From an uncultured bacterium (lineage in GTDB: Bacteria; Oederibacteriota; JAAXVQ01; JAUVAV01), in assembly GCA_963710755.1 (NCBI GenBank), contig CAVQBK010000001.1, forward strand, positions 128,001 through 192,000: a stretch of 64,000 bases of DNA, given 5' to 3'. This document shows, one piece after another, positions 1 through 12,360 of the stretch. The translations under genes were made by a program, and so were the position numbers. Numbering within the stretch: the stretch's first letter is position 1; every line of letters begins with the position of its first letter. Below the pieces are notes generated by a model. That model saw only the letters and a program-made list of their open reading frames with translations. It had not been told where the DNA came from and ran no database searches.

Positions 1-1781
<1,781 letters not shown>

Positions 1782-1890
1782 TATTATTTGGCAGCTTAGC
1801 TATAAACTGTAGAGATTATATGTGCGGTATTCATTTTGATAAAAGACGATGACGATTATATTTCGTCAAAAAAACAACAATAATAACGCT

Positions 1891-2007
<117 letters not shown>

Positions 2008-2017
2008 TTTAAATATC

Positions 2018-2055
2018 AAGCCCTCGCATCTTTTAAAGGTGCGAGGGCTTTTTTT
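2018..2055 (+). terminator. Rho-independent terminator of the rRNA operon
   Basis: AAGCCCTCGCATC / GGTGCGAGGGCTT hairpin followed by a T7 run. Confidence 0.9.
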
Positions 2056-2156
2056 ATGAAATAGTTATCTTTTTAATTAATGGATACGTTAGTTATGCTT
2101 AGCACGTAATCAAAAATAAAAATGTTAATTAAAAGGGCTCGGTGTACTTTTATAGC

Positions 2157-2185
2157 TTGGAAAAAATTAAAGTTAAGTGTAAAAT
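2157..2185 (+). promoter_or_regulatory. Putative sigma70 promoter for the PilZ gene
   Basis: TTGGAA-N17-TAAAAT in an AT-rich intergenic region. Confidence 0.35.
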
Positions 2186-2306
2186 TTGAAACTTGAATGG
2201 TCGCGTTTTTTCTGTTTTAAATAAAGTCATCGCAGATGTGCGTATAAAAAGAATAGCAACTTAAGTGGAGTGCCTGAATCATCATTAACCTTTAAGGCGG
2301 GAGTGG

Positions 2307-2735
2307 ATGCACGAGAAATCGTTGGTAGGACGTATAAAAGTTGAAAACAGGAAATTTCCCAGACTGCATTTGGAACTCAAGGTACAGTATGCTCCTCTAA
2401 AGCCCGGGGAGCTGCCTCAGCCGTCTAAAAGTACGGTTAAGGACCTCGGTGCCGGCGGCATGGCCATGACAACCAAAACCCCTTTGGAAATCGACCAGCT
2501 CCTAACGTTGATTTTATATTTGCCACCGCTCAACCCGGACCGCAATGCACACTTGGTGGCAAGATATGATCGTCATGAATGTGAACCTGTGGTACTATGC
2601 GCGCGTGTACTTTGGGTGAAAGAAGATCCTTCCGGAAGATATGTGAGCGGACTGTCATTTTATGATATTGACTCTAAAAATAAAAAAAGGCTGAAACATT
2701 TTTTAGTGGATTTTGAATTGGACCAAATATTCTGA
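2307..2735 (+). CDS. PilZ domain protein (c-di-GMP receptor)
   Basis: RxxxR (RKFPR) and DxxxxG (DLGAGG) motifs; ARVLWV...GLSF beta-barrel pattern. Confidence 0.85.
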   Translation: MHEKSLVGRIKVENRKFPRLHLELKVQYAPLKPGELPQPSKSTVKDLGAGGMAMTTKTPLEIDQLLTLILYLPPLNPDRNAHLVARYDRHECEPVVLCARVLWVKEDPSGRYVSGLSFYDIDSKNKKRLKHFLVDFELDQIF

Positions 2736-2784
2736 ATTATACAATTAGCCTCGCTGGCTACAGACCCCTAAGGACCTAATACTA

Positions 2785-3414
2785 ATGACCATACCGGAGC
2801 ACAACGGGAATTACCGTGCCCTTTCTTATTATTCCGCTGAACGGCTGGGACAATATTATCATCAAATCAAAACCGTGGAAAAAATAGCGCCTAAAAATAT
2901 TTTGGAGATAGGCGTTGGCCCTGGAGTTGTGACCCACATACTGCGTCAAGCCGGCTACAAGGTAACGACCTGCGATGTCAATCAAGAGCTTAAACCGGAT
3001 ATTGTAGCTGATTTAATCAACTTACCCCTCAAGGACAATGCGATGGACATGGTCCTTTGTTGTCAGGTTTTGGAACACCTTCCTTTGTCATCTTTCCCCA
3101 GCGCCTTAATCGAGTTAAGAAGGGTCTGCCGCCTGGCCATACTAATTTCCGTCCCCTATGCCGGACATGCCTTTTTTAACCTGCATAAGTATCCGGGTGG
3201 ACGTAAACGCTCCTGGGTATTGCATGTGCCGCGATGGTTTAGAAAGGCGCCTATGGATCGGGAACATTGCTGGGAAGTGAGCATGCCAGGATGTTCTGTT
3301 AAACAACTTAAAAACCTTATAAGCCAATCGGGCTTAAATTTGCAAAAATTATTTACACCGGCGGAATCACCAAATAATTATTACTTTTTACTTACAAAGG
3401 AAAAATTATTATGA
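2785..3414 (+). CDS. Class I SAM-dependent methyltransferase
   Basis: ILEIGVGPG motif I, LPLKDNAMDMVLCCQVLEHL; ATGA overlap with the next gene. Confidence 0.88.
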   Translation: MTIPEHNGNYRALSYYSAERLGQYYHQIKTVEKIAPKNILEIGVGPGVVTHILRQAGYKVTTCDVNQELKPDIVADLINLPLKDNAMDMVLCCQVLEHLPLSSFPSALIELRRVCRLAILISVPYAGHAFFNLHKYPGGRKRSWVLHVPRWFRKAPMDREHCWEVSMPGCSVKQLKNLISQSGLNLQKLFTPAESPNNYYFLLTKEKLL

Positions 3415-4244
3415 TATCCATTATCTCCATGGGTTTCAATCAACGCCATTATACGGAAATGTTTTTAAAAAGTCTGAGTGATCCCAATTGTGCGGATATG
3501 CCTTTTGAATTGGTTTTTATTGATAATGGGTCCGACGATGGCTCGGCGGAATTGATCAAACAATACGACTTGAAAAAAAATCCTAATTTTATAAATCTTA
3601 TTTATTTTGCTTTTGAAACTAACCAGGGCGTGGCAGCGGCCATCAATAAGGCTGTTGACTTGGCCAAACGGGAAATCATACTGCAGGCTGATAATGACGT
3701 TATTTTTGGACCGGGTAGCCTATCTGTTCTGAACCATTGGCGCAAGCTGGACCCAACAGCAGTAATATCGCCCAATTGGCCATGGATCCAAAAAAAACTG
3801 GGTACATCTTTTTTCAAAAGTCCGCAAGACCTTGGGCCGCATAAACTCAAGCAACTACGACGGGTGGGCATGCATGCTCCGTTGGAGCGTTTCCGAGCTA
3901 CTGGTTCCTGTTGGATGGCCACTAAAAATCTTTTTGACCAAATTGGAGGCTGGGATACGGGCTATAAAAATATTTGTGCTTCTGATGATTTTTTGATGAA
4001 AGTGGCTATTTCAGGAGTACAACGCATGACGGTTCCTTGTCCAGTTTACCATCCGGGAAAAGTGACCAGAACCACCATTGCTAAAAATGGAGAACAACAA
4101 CAGCGAGATATGAAACGTTTTCAAGAAAAATGGGGCGGCCACCCAGAGGATAAAGGGTTATTTAGGCAACAGCAAATTAAAGCCGGTGTGGCCCCTGATC
4201 CGATCCTAAAAACGAACTTTTGGCAACGAATTTTTAAACGATAA
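3411..4244 (+). CDS. Glycosyltransferase family 2
   Basis: FIDNGSDDGS, NQGVAAAINKA, ADND (DxD), IGGWD motifs. Confidence 0.9.
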   Translation: MISIISMGFNQRHYTEMFLKSLSDPNCADMPFELVFIDNGSDDGSAELIKQYDLKKNPNFINLIYFAFETNQGVAAAINKAVDLAKREIILQADNDVIFGPGSLSVLNHWRKLDPTAVISPNWPWIQKKLGTSFFKSPQDLGPHKLKQLRRVGMHAPLERFRATGSCWMATKNLFDQIGGWDTGYKNICASDDFLMKVAISGVQRMTVPCPVYHPGKVTRTTIAKNGEQQQRDMKRFQEKWGGHPEDKGLFRQQQIKAGVAPDPILKTNFWQRIFKR

Positions 4245-4339
4245 TTAGGCCTTTGATTTTTTGACTAGACTATATACACTAACTGGTCGTGATGGCCAGT
4301 TGATCAAATCATCACTTTATAACGCTGACGGAGCAATGC

Positions 4340-5125
4340 ATGAAAACCATTCTTTTTTACTATACGGGCACGGGTAATTCCCTATGGATAAGCCGGCAAC
4401 TGGGCGATATTATTCGCAGCGACGTATCCATATATGCCATGAAAAATTGGCAAAGCAAGGCTGTGCCTCAGGATATGGATGCAGTAGGTTTGGTATTTCC
4501 GGTTCATATTTGGGGACTGCCCCAAGCGGTAATTGATTTTGTGAACCAATTACCCGTTGACAGCTCAACCTATAATTTTGCCTTGGCGGTTAATGGCGGT
4601 CAAGTGGCGGCGACCCTGGTGCAACTGCAAAAGCTAATGAAAAAGAGAGGGCTGAATTTGGATGCTGGCTTTGATTTGACCATGCCCAGCAATTACATTC
4701 CCTGGGGAGGTCCCGGTTCTGGAGAAGAAATTGAAAAACGGTATAAGAATGCCAGAGGTAAATTAGCCGAGATTGCTTATACGGTTGAGAAAAAGTATCC
4801 TATGGAAGTCGAGAAGGGGCCGCTATGGCAGAGAACGATCTTTTCCTTGCTTTACAAACTTTCTTTTAAAAATATACGGTTCATGGATAAGGGTTTTTGG
4901 GTGGATGACAAATGTACTCAATGCGGCCTATGCGAAAAGGTTTGTCCTACTCACAACATCAAAATGAACAAAGTGCCCCAATGGCAGCATCAATGCGAAC
5001 AATGCCTGGCCTGCATCCAGTGGTGTCCTGTTAAAGCTATTCAATACGGCAAGAAAACCCCGCAGCTTGAACGCTACCATCATCCGGAAGTCACCATCAC
5101 CGATATCATCAATAGCCATCCTTGA
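4340..5125 (+). CDS. EFR1-family ferrodoxin (flavodoxin-like domain + 2x[4Fe-4S])
   Basis: YYTGTGNS, FPVHIWG, MPSNY; CTQCGLCEKVCP and CEQCLACIQWCP. Confidence 0.9.
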   Translation: MKTILFYYTGTGNSLWISRQLGDIIRSDVSIYAMKNWQSKAVPQDMDAVGLVFPVHIWGLPQAVIDFVNQLPVDSSTYNFALAVNGGQVAATLVQLQKLMKKRGLNLDAGFDLTMPSNYIPWGGPGSGEEIEKRYKNARGKLAEIAYTVEKKYPMEVEKGPLWQRTIFSLLYKLSFKNIRFMDKGFWVDDKCTQCGLCEKVCPTHNIKMNKVPQWQHQCEQCLACIQWCPVKAIQYGKKTPQLERYHHPEVTITDIINSHP

Positions 5126-5192
5126 GTGGCTTTGGCTTTCTTAGCTGGTTGCTGCTGCTGAAAAGCTGTTGTATCCCTGATCGCTCAACGCC

Positions 5193-5219
5193 GTAGGGAA
5201 CAGGCAGGGCTGTTCCTTA
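5193..5219 (+). repeat. GTAG-type REP-like palindrome between convergent genes
   Basis: GTAGGGAACAG-GCAGGG-CTGTTCCTTA: GTAG leader plus GGAACAG/CTGTTCC stem. Confidence 0.55.
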
Positions 5220-5295
5220 TACATGCCGATTTTTCAATACCCCTCAATGCAACCCGCGGATTCGTTGGGATGAAATAGCTTTGGCGCATCCGCAA

Positions 5296-6990
5296 CTATT
5301 TATCCTTTAATTTAGCCCAACTATCTTTTAGAGTCACCGTGCGATTGAAAACCAGACAAGAAGGTGTCGAGGTTTTATCGGGATAAAAGTAACCATGCCT
5401 GAGAAATTGATAATAGTGGTGGGCTACTATATCTCCCAAGGAAGGCTCCACCTTGCATCCCCTAAGCACCGTCAAGGAGGCAGGATTGAGATTGCTCTTG
5501 AAATCCTTGCCTTCCGGGGCTTTTTCCGGATTGGGAGTCAGAAACAGACGGTCATAGAGCCTAACCTCAGCTTCCAGTGCGTGCTGGCAGGAAACCCAAT
5601 GCAAGGTACCTTTGACTTTGCGTCCGTCGGGCGTTCCGCCGCCACGGGACTGGGGATCATAAGAACAATGCAGCTCCACCACCTCGCCTTGTTCGTTTTT
5701 AAGGACATTGTCACAAGTGACATAATAGGCATGCTTAAGCCGGACTTCGCGGCCTGGAGCCAGGCGAAACCATTTTTTAGGCGGATCTTCCATAAAATCA
5801 TTTCGCTCGATGAACAATTCTTTGCTAAATGGAATCATGCGGGTTCCATCGCTTGGATTTTCCGGATTATTGTCAGCAGTCAGATCTTCTACCTGGCCGT
5901 CCGGATAATTGGTAATCACAATTTTTAAGGGATTAAGTACGGCCATGACGCGCTGCGCTCTTTGATTGAGGTCTTCGCGAAGATGGTATTCCAGGTTCTC
6001 AATGTCAATGGTGCTGTTGGTTTTATCCACACCAATAGCCTCACAGAAGGCCCGAATGGCTTCAGGTGAGTACCCCCGGCGCCGCAAACCGGAAATGGTG
6101 GGCATGCGCGGATCATCCCATCCATTGACATCATGGTCTTTGACCAGTTGCAACAATTTGCGTTTGCTCATCACCGTATAGGTAAGATTCAGACGGGCAA
6201 ATTCAATCTGCTGGGGATGGCTGGGCGTGCTGATATTCTCCAGCACCCAATCGTAAAGGGGACGATGATCCTCGAATTCCAATGTGCAGATGGAATGAGT
6301 GATATTTTCGATGGCATCGGAAATGCAGTGAGCAAAATCATACATAGGATAGATACACCATTTATTGCCGGTCCGGGGATGGGTGGCTTTTCTAATACGG
6401 TAAAGAGCCGGATCACGCATGTTCATATTGGGGGAGGCCATGTCGATTTTGGCCCGAAGTACGCAAGCCCCTTCATCATAATCGCCATTCTTCATTTTAT
6501 CGAAATCACGAAGATTCTCTTCCGGGCTACGGTCGCGATAAGGACTGTTTTTACCCTTTTCTGTCAAGGTGCCGCGGTATTGGCGGATTTCATCGGCGGA
6601 CAAATGGCAAACATAAGCCAAACCTTTTTGGATGAGTTCTTTGGCATACTCAAAAAAGCGGTCGTAATAATCAGAGGCATAGTAGAGATGGTGCTGCCAG
6701 TCGAAACCCAGCCATTGGACATCTTCTTGGATGGATTGAATGTACTCGTTTTCCTCTTTTTCGGGGTTGGTATCATCAAAGCGTAAATGACATGCCCCGT
6801 TATAGTCCCGGGCAATACCGAAGTTCAAATTGATGGATTTGGCATGCCCGATGTGAAGGTAACCGTTGGGTTCCGGAGGAAAGCGCGTTTCCACCCGGCC
6901 GTTATGTTTATTGGTCTCGAGATCGTGGTTAATGATTTTGCGAATGAAATCAAGGGATTTTTTTTCTGATGGTTCCAAAGCGTCGGACAT
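5296..6990 (-). CDS. glnS: Glutaminyl-tRNA synthetase
   Basis: [15 protein letters not shown] (HIGH), [33 protein letters not shown]. Confidence 0.97.
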   Translation of the reverse strand: MSDALEPSEKKSLDFIRKIINHDLETNKHNGRVETRFPPEPNGYLHIGHAKSINLNFGIARDYNGACHLRFDDTNPEKEENEYIQSIQEDVQWLGFDWQHHLYYASDYYDRFFEYAKELIQKGLAYVCHLSADEIRQYRGTLTEKGKNSPYRDRSPEENLRDFDKMKNGDYDEGACVLRAKIDMASPNMNMRDPALYRIRKATHPRTGNKWCIYPMYDFAHCISDAIENITHSICTLEFEDHRPLYDWVLENISTPSHPQQIEFARLNLTYTVMSKRKLLQLVKDHDVNGWDDPRMPTISGLRRRGYSPEAIRAFCEAIGVDKTNSTIDIENLEYHLREDLNQRAQRVMAVLNPLKIVITNYPDGQVEDLTADNNPENPSDGTRMIPFSKELFIERNDFMEDPPKKWFRLAPGREVRLKHAYYVTCDNVLKNEQGEVVELHCSYDPQSRGGGTPDGRKVKGTLHWVSCQHALEAEVRLYDRLFLTPNPEKAPEGKDFKSNLNPASLTVLRGCKVEPSLGDIVAHHYYQFLRHGYFYPDKTSTPSCLVFNRTVTLKDSWAKLKDK

Positions 6991-7160
6991 GAACGTAACC
7001 TCTTTATTAGAATGCCATGATTGTACAAGGTGGCAGTATTATATGGATTTTCAATTCCAATGTAAAGAAATAGGATGCGTGCTCTAAGTCATTGCGGATT
7101 GGCGATGGCTCGGGTACAATGTCCTCCTGATGATATCGCGTTTGTCGGAAAGGAGCATAA

Positions 7161-8225
7161 ATGACCAGTCAAGTCTATTTTTCTCCCATGGCCAATCAGA
7201 AAACCCAATCGCCCTTGCTTAAAATCCAACGGCTTCTGGACGCTTGTGGTGTACGCGGCAAGTTTTCCGCCCGCCAACTTATCGCAGTGAAAACTCATTT
7301 TGGAGAATGGGGCAACACGGCTTTTTTACGTCCTATTTATTTCAGACCTGTGTTGGAGGTGTTAAAAAACATGGACACCAGACCGTTTTTAACCGATACC
7401 AATACAGTCTATGTGGGTATGCGTACCAATAGTGTAGATCACCTGCATAATGCCAACCTTAACGGCTTTAATTACAGCACCTTGCAGGTACCGGTGATTA
7501 TAGCCGATGGGCTGCGTGGAGAAAACATCGTGGAAATGGAAACAGGACTGCCCCTGGTACCGCGGGCCAAACTGGCCGCTGAGATCGTGCGTGCCGACGG
7601 CATGATCGTGGTATCTCATTTTAAGGGCCATGAAGTTTCCGGGTTTGGCGGGGCTATTAAAAATTTATCCATGGGGTGTGCCGCCCGGGCAGGGAAACTG
7701 GAAATGCATTCCAGTGCCAAACCCTATGTGAACCAGGATCAGTGCACAACCTGCGGTCTTTGTGCTTCCCATTGTGGTTCACAGGCAATTACTCTTGATC
7801 CCAAAGCTGAAATAACAGAGGATTGTGTGGGGTGTGCCCGTTGCATAGCCGTCTGCCCGGAACAAGCCATAAAAATTGATTGGAATGAATCGAGCGAGCA
7901 GACCATGAAAAAAATGGTGGCTTATGCCATGGCCACCTATAAGGCGCTCAAAGGAAATATTCTGTTTGTAAATATTATGACCTCCATCAGCCCGGCCTGC
8001 GACTGTTACCCCGGCAATAGTGAACCCATTACTCACGATATTGGCTTTGCCGCCTCCGGCGATCCGGTGGCATTGGACAAAGCCTGCTGGGATTTGGTGT
8101 GTCGGCAGATGGGGCACGAACCATTTCATGAAATATACAATTACCTCGATCCATCCATCCAGTTTAATTATGCGCACTCCATTGGTTTTGGTTCGTCGGA
8201 TTATGACCTGACAACACTGGAATAA
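7161..8225 (+). CDS. DUF362-domain protein with an inserted 2x[4Fe-4S] ferredoxin domain
   Basis: VKTHFGEWGN, FLTDTNTVYVGMR, SHFKGHEVSGFGGAIKNLSMGCA, CTTCGLCASHC, CVGCARCIAVCP, ISPACDC, DPVALDKAC. Confidence 0.88.
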   Translation: MTSQVYFSPMANQKTQSPLLKIQRLLDACGVRGKFSARQLIAVKTHFGEWGNTAFLRPIYFRPVLEVLKNMDTRPFLTDTNTVYVGMRTNSVDHLHNANLNGFNYSTLQVPVIIADGLRGENIVEMETGLPLVPRAKLAAEIVRADGMIVVSHFKGHEVSGFGGAIKNLSMGCAARAGKLEMHSSAKPYVNQDQCTTCGLCASHCGSQAITLDPKAEITEDCVGCARCIAVCPEQAIKIDWNESSEQTMKKMVAYAMATYKALKGNILFVNIMTSISPACDCYPGNSEPITHDIGFAASGDPVALDKACWDLVCRQMGHEPFHEIYNYLDPSIQFNYAHSIGFGSSDYDLTTLE

Positions 8226-8324
8226 ATAACCTGAAATTGTAAGGCTTTTAATGCTGAGGCCAAAACCGATTTGAAAACAGGTCACAACCGCTTAGTTTCC
8301 AAGTGTATCCGCCGATAATAGGAT

Positions 8325-9194
8325 ATGAGCCAATCGAAACCTCAGGATGCCATGGAACCGATTAAACCGTCTGACATACTAAGTCTACCGCCACTGCCCA
8401 TCTCGGTGGTCCAATTGTCTAAAATGGTGGCCGATCCCACAGTAGATATTAAGGCGTATAAAAAAGTTATCGAGATGGATCCGGTGCTCACGGCCAGTGT
8501 GCTTCGCTGGGCCAATTCCTCCTGGAGCCAAAGCCAGGTGGCTATCACTACGGTGGAGCAGGCTGCTACCCGGTTGGGTGCGGATAATATACTGCAATTG
8601 GCCTTGGGTGTGCATATGATGGCCACCATGCGCAAACTATTGGGTAAGATAGATTTAAGTGAAAACCAACTTTGGCGCCATAGTATGGTCACCGCCCTGG
8701 CCACCCGAGTTATAACCTCCTATTTGAAATGGGACATACCCGGGGGCGCCTTCTCCGCCGCTGTAATTCACGATATTGGCAAGATTCTTATAGCCCGCCA
8801 TCTGACCTTCGATGAAACCAATAATCTTATCGATAAAACAGCTCAGGAAGAAGGATATACCTATCTGGAGGCTGAGGAAAAAGTAATGAGGACCAATCAT
8901 GTGAAACTGGGCATAGACATCGCCATGCATTGGAAATTACCTGATGACTTGGTGGAGACCATTGCACACCATCATGAATTCACAGAAAAAAACACGCCGA
9001 TTTTAAAAACTGTACAACTGGCTAACGCTCTGGTGACCAGAATTGGGCTAAGTGCAGGAACCACCCAAAAAGATCAGCAGGAACAAGAGCGTTTTATCAA
9101 TCTGCTTAATATCAACCCACTTTTACAAACAACCCTTAGGGAAGAAATTCAAAGTACTTTCCAGAAAGCGGTTGAAGAAAATGGGTTGTTTTAA
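8325..9194 (+). CDS. HDOD domain protein
   Basis: LPPLP, DPVLTASVLRWANS, LWRHS, IHDIGK, NH...HWKLP...IAHHH. Confidence 0.92.
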   Translation: MSQSKPQDAMEPIKPSDILSLPPLPISVVQLSKMVADPTVDIKAYKKVIEMDPVLTASVLRWANSSWSQSQVAITTVEQAATRLGADNILQLALGVHMMATMRKLLGKIDLSENQLWRHSMVTALATRVITSYLKWDIPGGAFSAAVIHDIGKILIARHLTFDETNNLIDKTAQEEGYTYLEAEEKVMRTNHVKLGIDIAMHWKLPDDLVETIAHHHEFTEKNTPILKTVQLANALVTRIGLSAGTTQKDQQEQERFINLLNINPLLQTTLREEIQSTFQKAVEENGLF

Positions 9195-9361
9195 TGCAAT
9201 CCTATTTGCGCATGGAGGTGTCGCGATCATCCCCGATTAAGGTTTCCTAATCCAGGTTGTTTTAAGCCGGGATGAAGCGAAGATGTAGTAACAAAGATTA
9301 ACTTGATCATTTTGATTTTTTGGTCTATGGTGATGGTGATTCACAGGGGAGGCCAAAGATT

Positions 9362-9922
9362 ATGGTCAACCGGACACTCACTATTCCCATACCTCAAGGA
9401 TCGTCCATCATTATTCGGGAATGGCTTACCTCGGATATTGAACAGTTGCCAGCGATTGCCAATAACCGCCACATCTGGCTCAACTTAAAAGACATCTTTC
9501 CTTATCCCTATACACACAAACACGCAACCCTTTGGGTCCGAATGTGTACTCGTCAGGAACCTAAATGCTGGTTTGCCATCGCTGATGGTGATACCCTTTT
9601 AGGCAGTATTGGTATAGAACCTAAAAAAGATATTTATAGTATTAATGGCGAAATCGGCTATTGGTTGGGGGAACCTTACTGGGGAAAAGGGATTGCTACA
9701 GCGGCGGTAGAAGGCTTTACGGACTATGTTTTTGATCAGTTTCCAAATCTGCATCGTGTCTATGGCAGCGTGTTTGAGTACAACTATGCTTCGCAAAAGG
9801 TACTACAAAAAGCCGGGTTTCAGTGGGAATGCACATTGAAAAAGAGCATTGTGAAGGACGGGGCTGTGCATGATGAACTGATTTATGCCAAATGGCGAAA
9901 ACATAACCACACCACTTATTAA
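9362..9922 (+). CDS. GNAT family N-acetyltransferase (RimJ/RimL-like)
   Basis: EIGYWLGEPYWGKGIAT, NYASQKVLQKAGF; ATG at 9362 preceded by a GGAGG RBS. Confidence 0.9.
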   Translation: MVNRTLTIPIPQGSSIIIREWLTSDIEQLPAIANNRHIWLNLKDIFPYPYTHKHATLWVRMCTRQEPKCWFAIADGDTLLGSIGIEPKKDIYSINGEIGYWLGEPYWGKGIATAAVEGFTDYVFDQFPNLHRVYGSVFEYNYASQKVLQKAGFQWECTLKKSIVKDGAVHDELIYAKWRKHNHTTY

Positions 9923-9999
9923 AACTATCGTCACACAACACTAATTTAGGTCGATTAGAATTTAAATGCCTGCTGATGGAACGAAAGGAGTGGAGGATC

Positions 10000-10386
10000 A
10001 TGCTGACGGAAAAGCAACTGGCACCCAAAATGGTGGGGCTTTTAAGCTTGTTTAAAGAATTTTATGATGGTCATGAAGTGGCGCGGGAAGACTTACCTGC
10101 TTTACAAACGGCCATAATCACCAAGCTACGCGCCCGGCGATGGCTTGTAGAAACCGCCGATTGTCCTTCCATGGCCAACCATTTTAATTTGTTGACCAGC
10201 TACGGTCTGCCTGACTTGATTATCGACAAAACCATTACCCTTTCTCTAAGACACCAAAGCAAAGTACGCTGCCAATTGGATCTCAATTACATTAAGGATT
10301 ATGTTCGTGCCAAAGGGTTGGACTACGGTGTGCTCTTGAATTTTAATGTTACCCACAAGGATGAAGGCATTTACATTGTTAAATGA
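10000..10386 (+). CDS. Divergent GxxExxY-like (PD-(D/E)xK fold) protein
   Basis: PDLIIDKTITLSLR...NYIKDYVRAKGLDYGVLLNF resembles the GxxExxY C-terminus (Y....G...G.L.NF); GGAGG RBS. Confidence 0.55.
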   Translation: MLTEKQLAPKMVGLLSLFKEFYDGHEVAREDLPALQTAIITKLRARRWLVETADCPSMANHFNLLTSYGLPDLIIDKTITLSLRHQSKVRCQLDLNYIKDYVRAKGLDYGVLLNFNVTHKDEGIYIVK

Positions 10387-10546
10387 CAACTTGGTGGACC
10401 GCCTGGACCGGCTTGCTATCTATGCCTATCATGATCACAGCGACACTTTGGCCACTATTCTGCAATGCCTAGGAGTCTGTCGGACTTAAAATCATTAAAA
10501 ACCTTATGTATGTTGCGTCTCCATTAATAACTGCACCTATATGCTT

Positions 10547-10585
10547 TTTCCCCCTTTTGCAAAGGGGGATACAGGGGGATTTGAT
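10547..10585 (+). repeat. REP-like subterminal repeat, left copy
   Basis: TTTCCCCCTTTTGCAAAGGGGGATACAGGGGGATTTGAT; 37/39 identical to the reverse complement of 12322-12360; contains a CCCCCTTT/AAAGGGGG hairpin. Confidence 0.9.
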
Positions 10586-11948
10586 TATACCTGAGATGAT
10601 TTCAGCCCGTGCAGCCGCTTCATGTTCCGAGCCAGACAGACCAAAGTCCATTCGCTGCTGACAGCTTGCAAACCTCGCAGCATGAACTGGCGAAAGCCCA
10701 TGGCAGATTTAATAATTCCAAATACCGGCTCAACCGTGCTTTTACGTCGGGCATACAGTTTTCGGCCAGCTGGCATTTGCAACCGCCTCTTCATTCTTTC
10801 CACCGCATCAGCACGTTCAGGCAACGGCGGTGGTCCTGAAAAACGTTTTTTTAGCGATGGGTAGTGTTGCTCCCGCCTGTTGGCAATATATGGTTTGATC
10901 CCCTTGGATTCGCAAAGTTTAACATTGCTTTGGCTAAAGTATCCGCTGTCTGCTACCAATGCTTTTGCCTTTCCCAGCTCTTCTGGAAGAGCGGTTAATT
11001 GCACAAGTGCAGGCTCAAGTTGTTCTTTATCATTGGTCGCTTGAGTAACATGCTCAGTGACTATCAACATCGTTTCCATGTCCACCCCGGCTTGCGCATT
11101 ATAAGCTTGTTCGAACCCGCCACCGGAAACAGGCATGATGCGCGACTCGCCGTCGGTCAGGTTAACCTGATCTTTTGCTTGTGGGCCTTTATCGCTTGGC
11201 GGTTGTGGTTCTGGACCGCGGGATTTTTGACCTCTTTTATTTTCACGCTCACGACGCTCGGTCAGCTTCTGTTCATACTCTTTTTGGGCTTGTTGGTCAC
11301 GTTCAACGGCTCGTTGCTTGATGGCTGCTTTGGCTTTGGCAATAGCAGCCAAGCGATCTTCGCGACGAGCCAGCTCATCGGGCAGGTTCATCCCGTCAGG
11401 CTGGTCGGCCTCATCGGCTGCTTCGGCCAGTTGCAATAGGCGATTCACTTCCGCCCGGAGTTGCTTCTCTATCTTGTTGGCATGTCCCCAGGAAAGGGCA
11501 CGATGTTTTGATGCATTCGCATGAACCTTGCTCCCGTCCAAACTGATTTTACCGAGCTTCAATAGTTTCATGTCCTGAGCCAGGACCAGGACTTGTACGA
11601 ATAATGATTCCAATTCGGGGAGAAATCGTTTGCGGAATTGGGCTATTGTATCATGATCGGGATGGGTGTTTGCCGCCAGATAACGAAAAGCTATCGAATC
11701 ATAAGTGCTGCGTTCCAGCTGACGGCTCGAGAATAGGCCCGTGGCATATCCATACACCAGCACAGCCAGCAACATTTCAGGATGATAGGCCGACGATCCC
11801 CGCCCCGCTATGATTCTTTTAACTTCGTCAAGTCAAGTTGGGCGACAATTTCCGTTACAAACCGCGCCAAATGATTGACTGGGAGCCAATCATTCAACGA
11901 TGGCGGCAGTAAAAAATCCGTATCACGATCGCAGGGAACAAAACTCAT
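10585..11948 (-). pseudogene. IS1182-family DDE transposase, frameshifted near 11810
   Basis: N-terminus MSFVPCDRDTDFLLPPSLNDWLPVNHLARFV...KES* then -1 frame AGRGSSAYHPEMLLAVLVYGYATG; later LDGSKV, ADSGY, RKSTVEPVFG; adding one base restores a 454-aa protein. Confidence 0.88.
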
Positions 11949-12319
11949 AATGCCTCCCTGCTTTGCAGGCAAGCTTGAGCCAGGATTTGCTTCAAGACGC
12001 CTTCCGTGTTTATGAACACGTCGCGATCGGAAAAACGCAATGTCTGCAAGCCTTGCGTTTTCAAATAACGGTCACGTTCCGCATCGCGGAGGATTCCATC
12101 GTCGGTATAATGCTGACCGCCATCCAGTTCAATTACCAGGCTTGCTTTGGGACAGAAAAAATCCACGATGTAGTTGCCGATGATTTTTTGCCGATAGAAT
12201 TGCAAACCGCCAATTTGTTTTCCGCGAAGCCGTTTCCATAGATGTTTTTCAGCTTCGGTCATGTTATTCCTGAGAACCTGCGAGTTTCGTTTGAGGCCGC
12301 GATGGTAGGTTAAAATCAT
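11945..12319 (-). CDS. DUF559 / Vsr-like endonuclease domain protein
   Basis: LRNNMTEAEKHLWKRLR...FYRQKIIGNYIVDFFC...LVIELDGGQH...DAERDRYL...LRF; its stop overlaps the transposase start (ATGA). Confidence 0.92.
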   Translation of the reverse strand: MILTYHRGLKRNSQVLRNNMTEAEKHLWKRLRGKQIGGLQFYRQKIIGNYIVDFFCPKASLVIELDGGQHYTDDGILRDAERDRYLKTQGLQTLRFSDRDVFINTEGVLKQILAQACLQSREAL

Positions 12320-12321
12320 TT

Positions 12322-12360
12322 ATCAAATCCCCCTTGATCCCCCTTTGCAAAAGGGGGAAA
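12322..12360 (-). repeat. REP-like subterminal repeat, right copy
   Basis: Inverted copy of 10547-10585; its G-rich end (AAGGGGG) sits at SD distance from the DUF559 ATG. Confidence 0.9.

Noticed and set aside
2280-2338. Possible fifth copy of the conserved upstream element (ATCATTA...AGGACGTATAAA)
   Set aside because: Only the ends match, the TTGAAAT hairpin is absent, and the 3' part lies inside the PilZ coding region; too weak without a model-based score.
5395-6786. Long antisense ORFs over glnS, and similar shadows over hisG, the giant gene and others
   Set aside because: Antisense or alternate-frame shadows of well-supported genes with no recognisable motifs.
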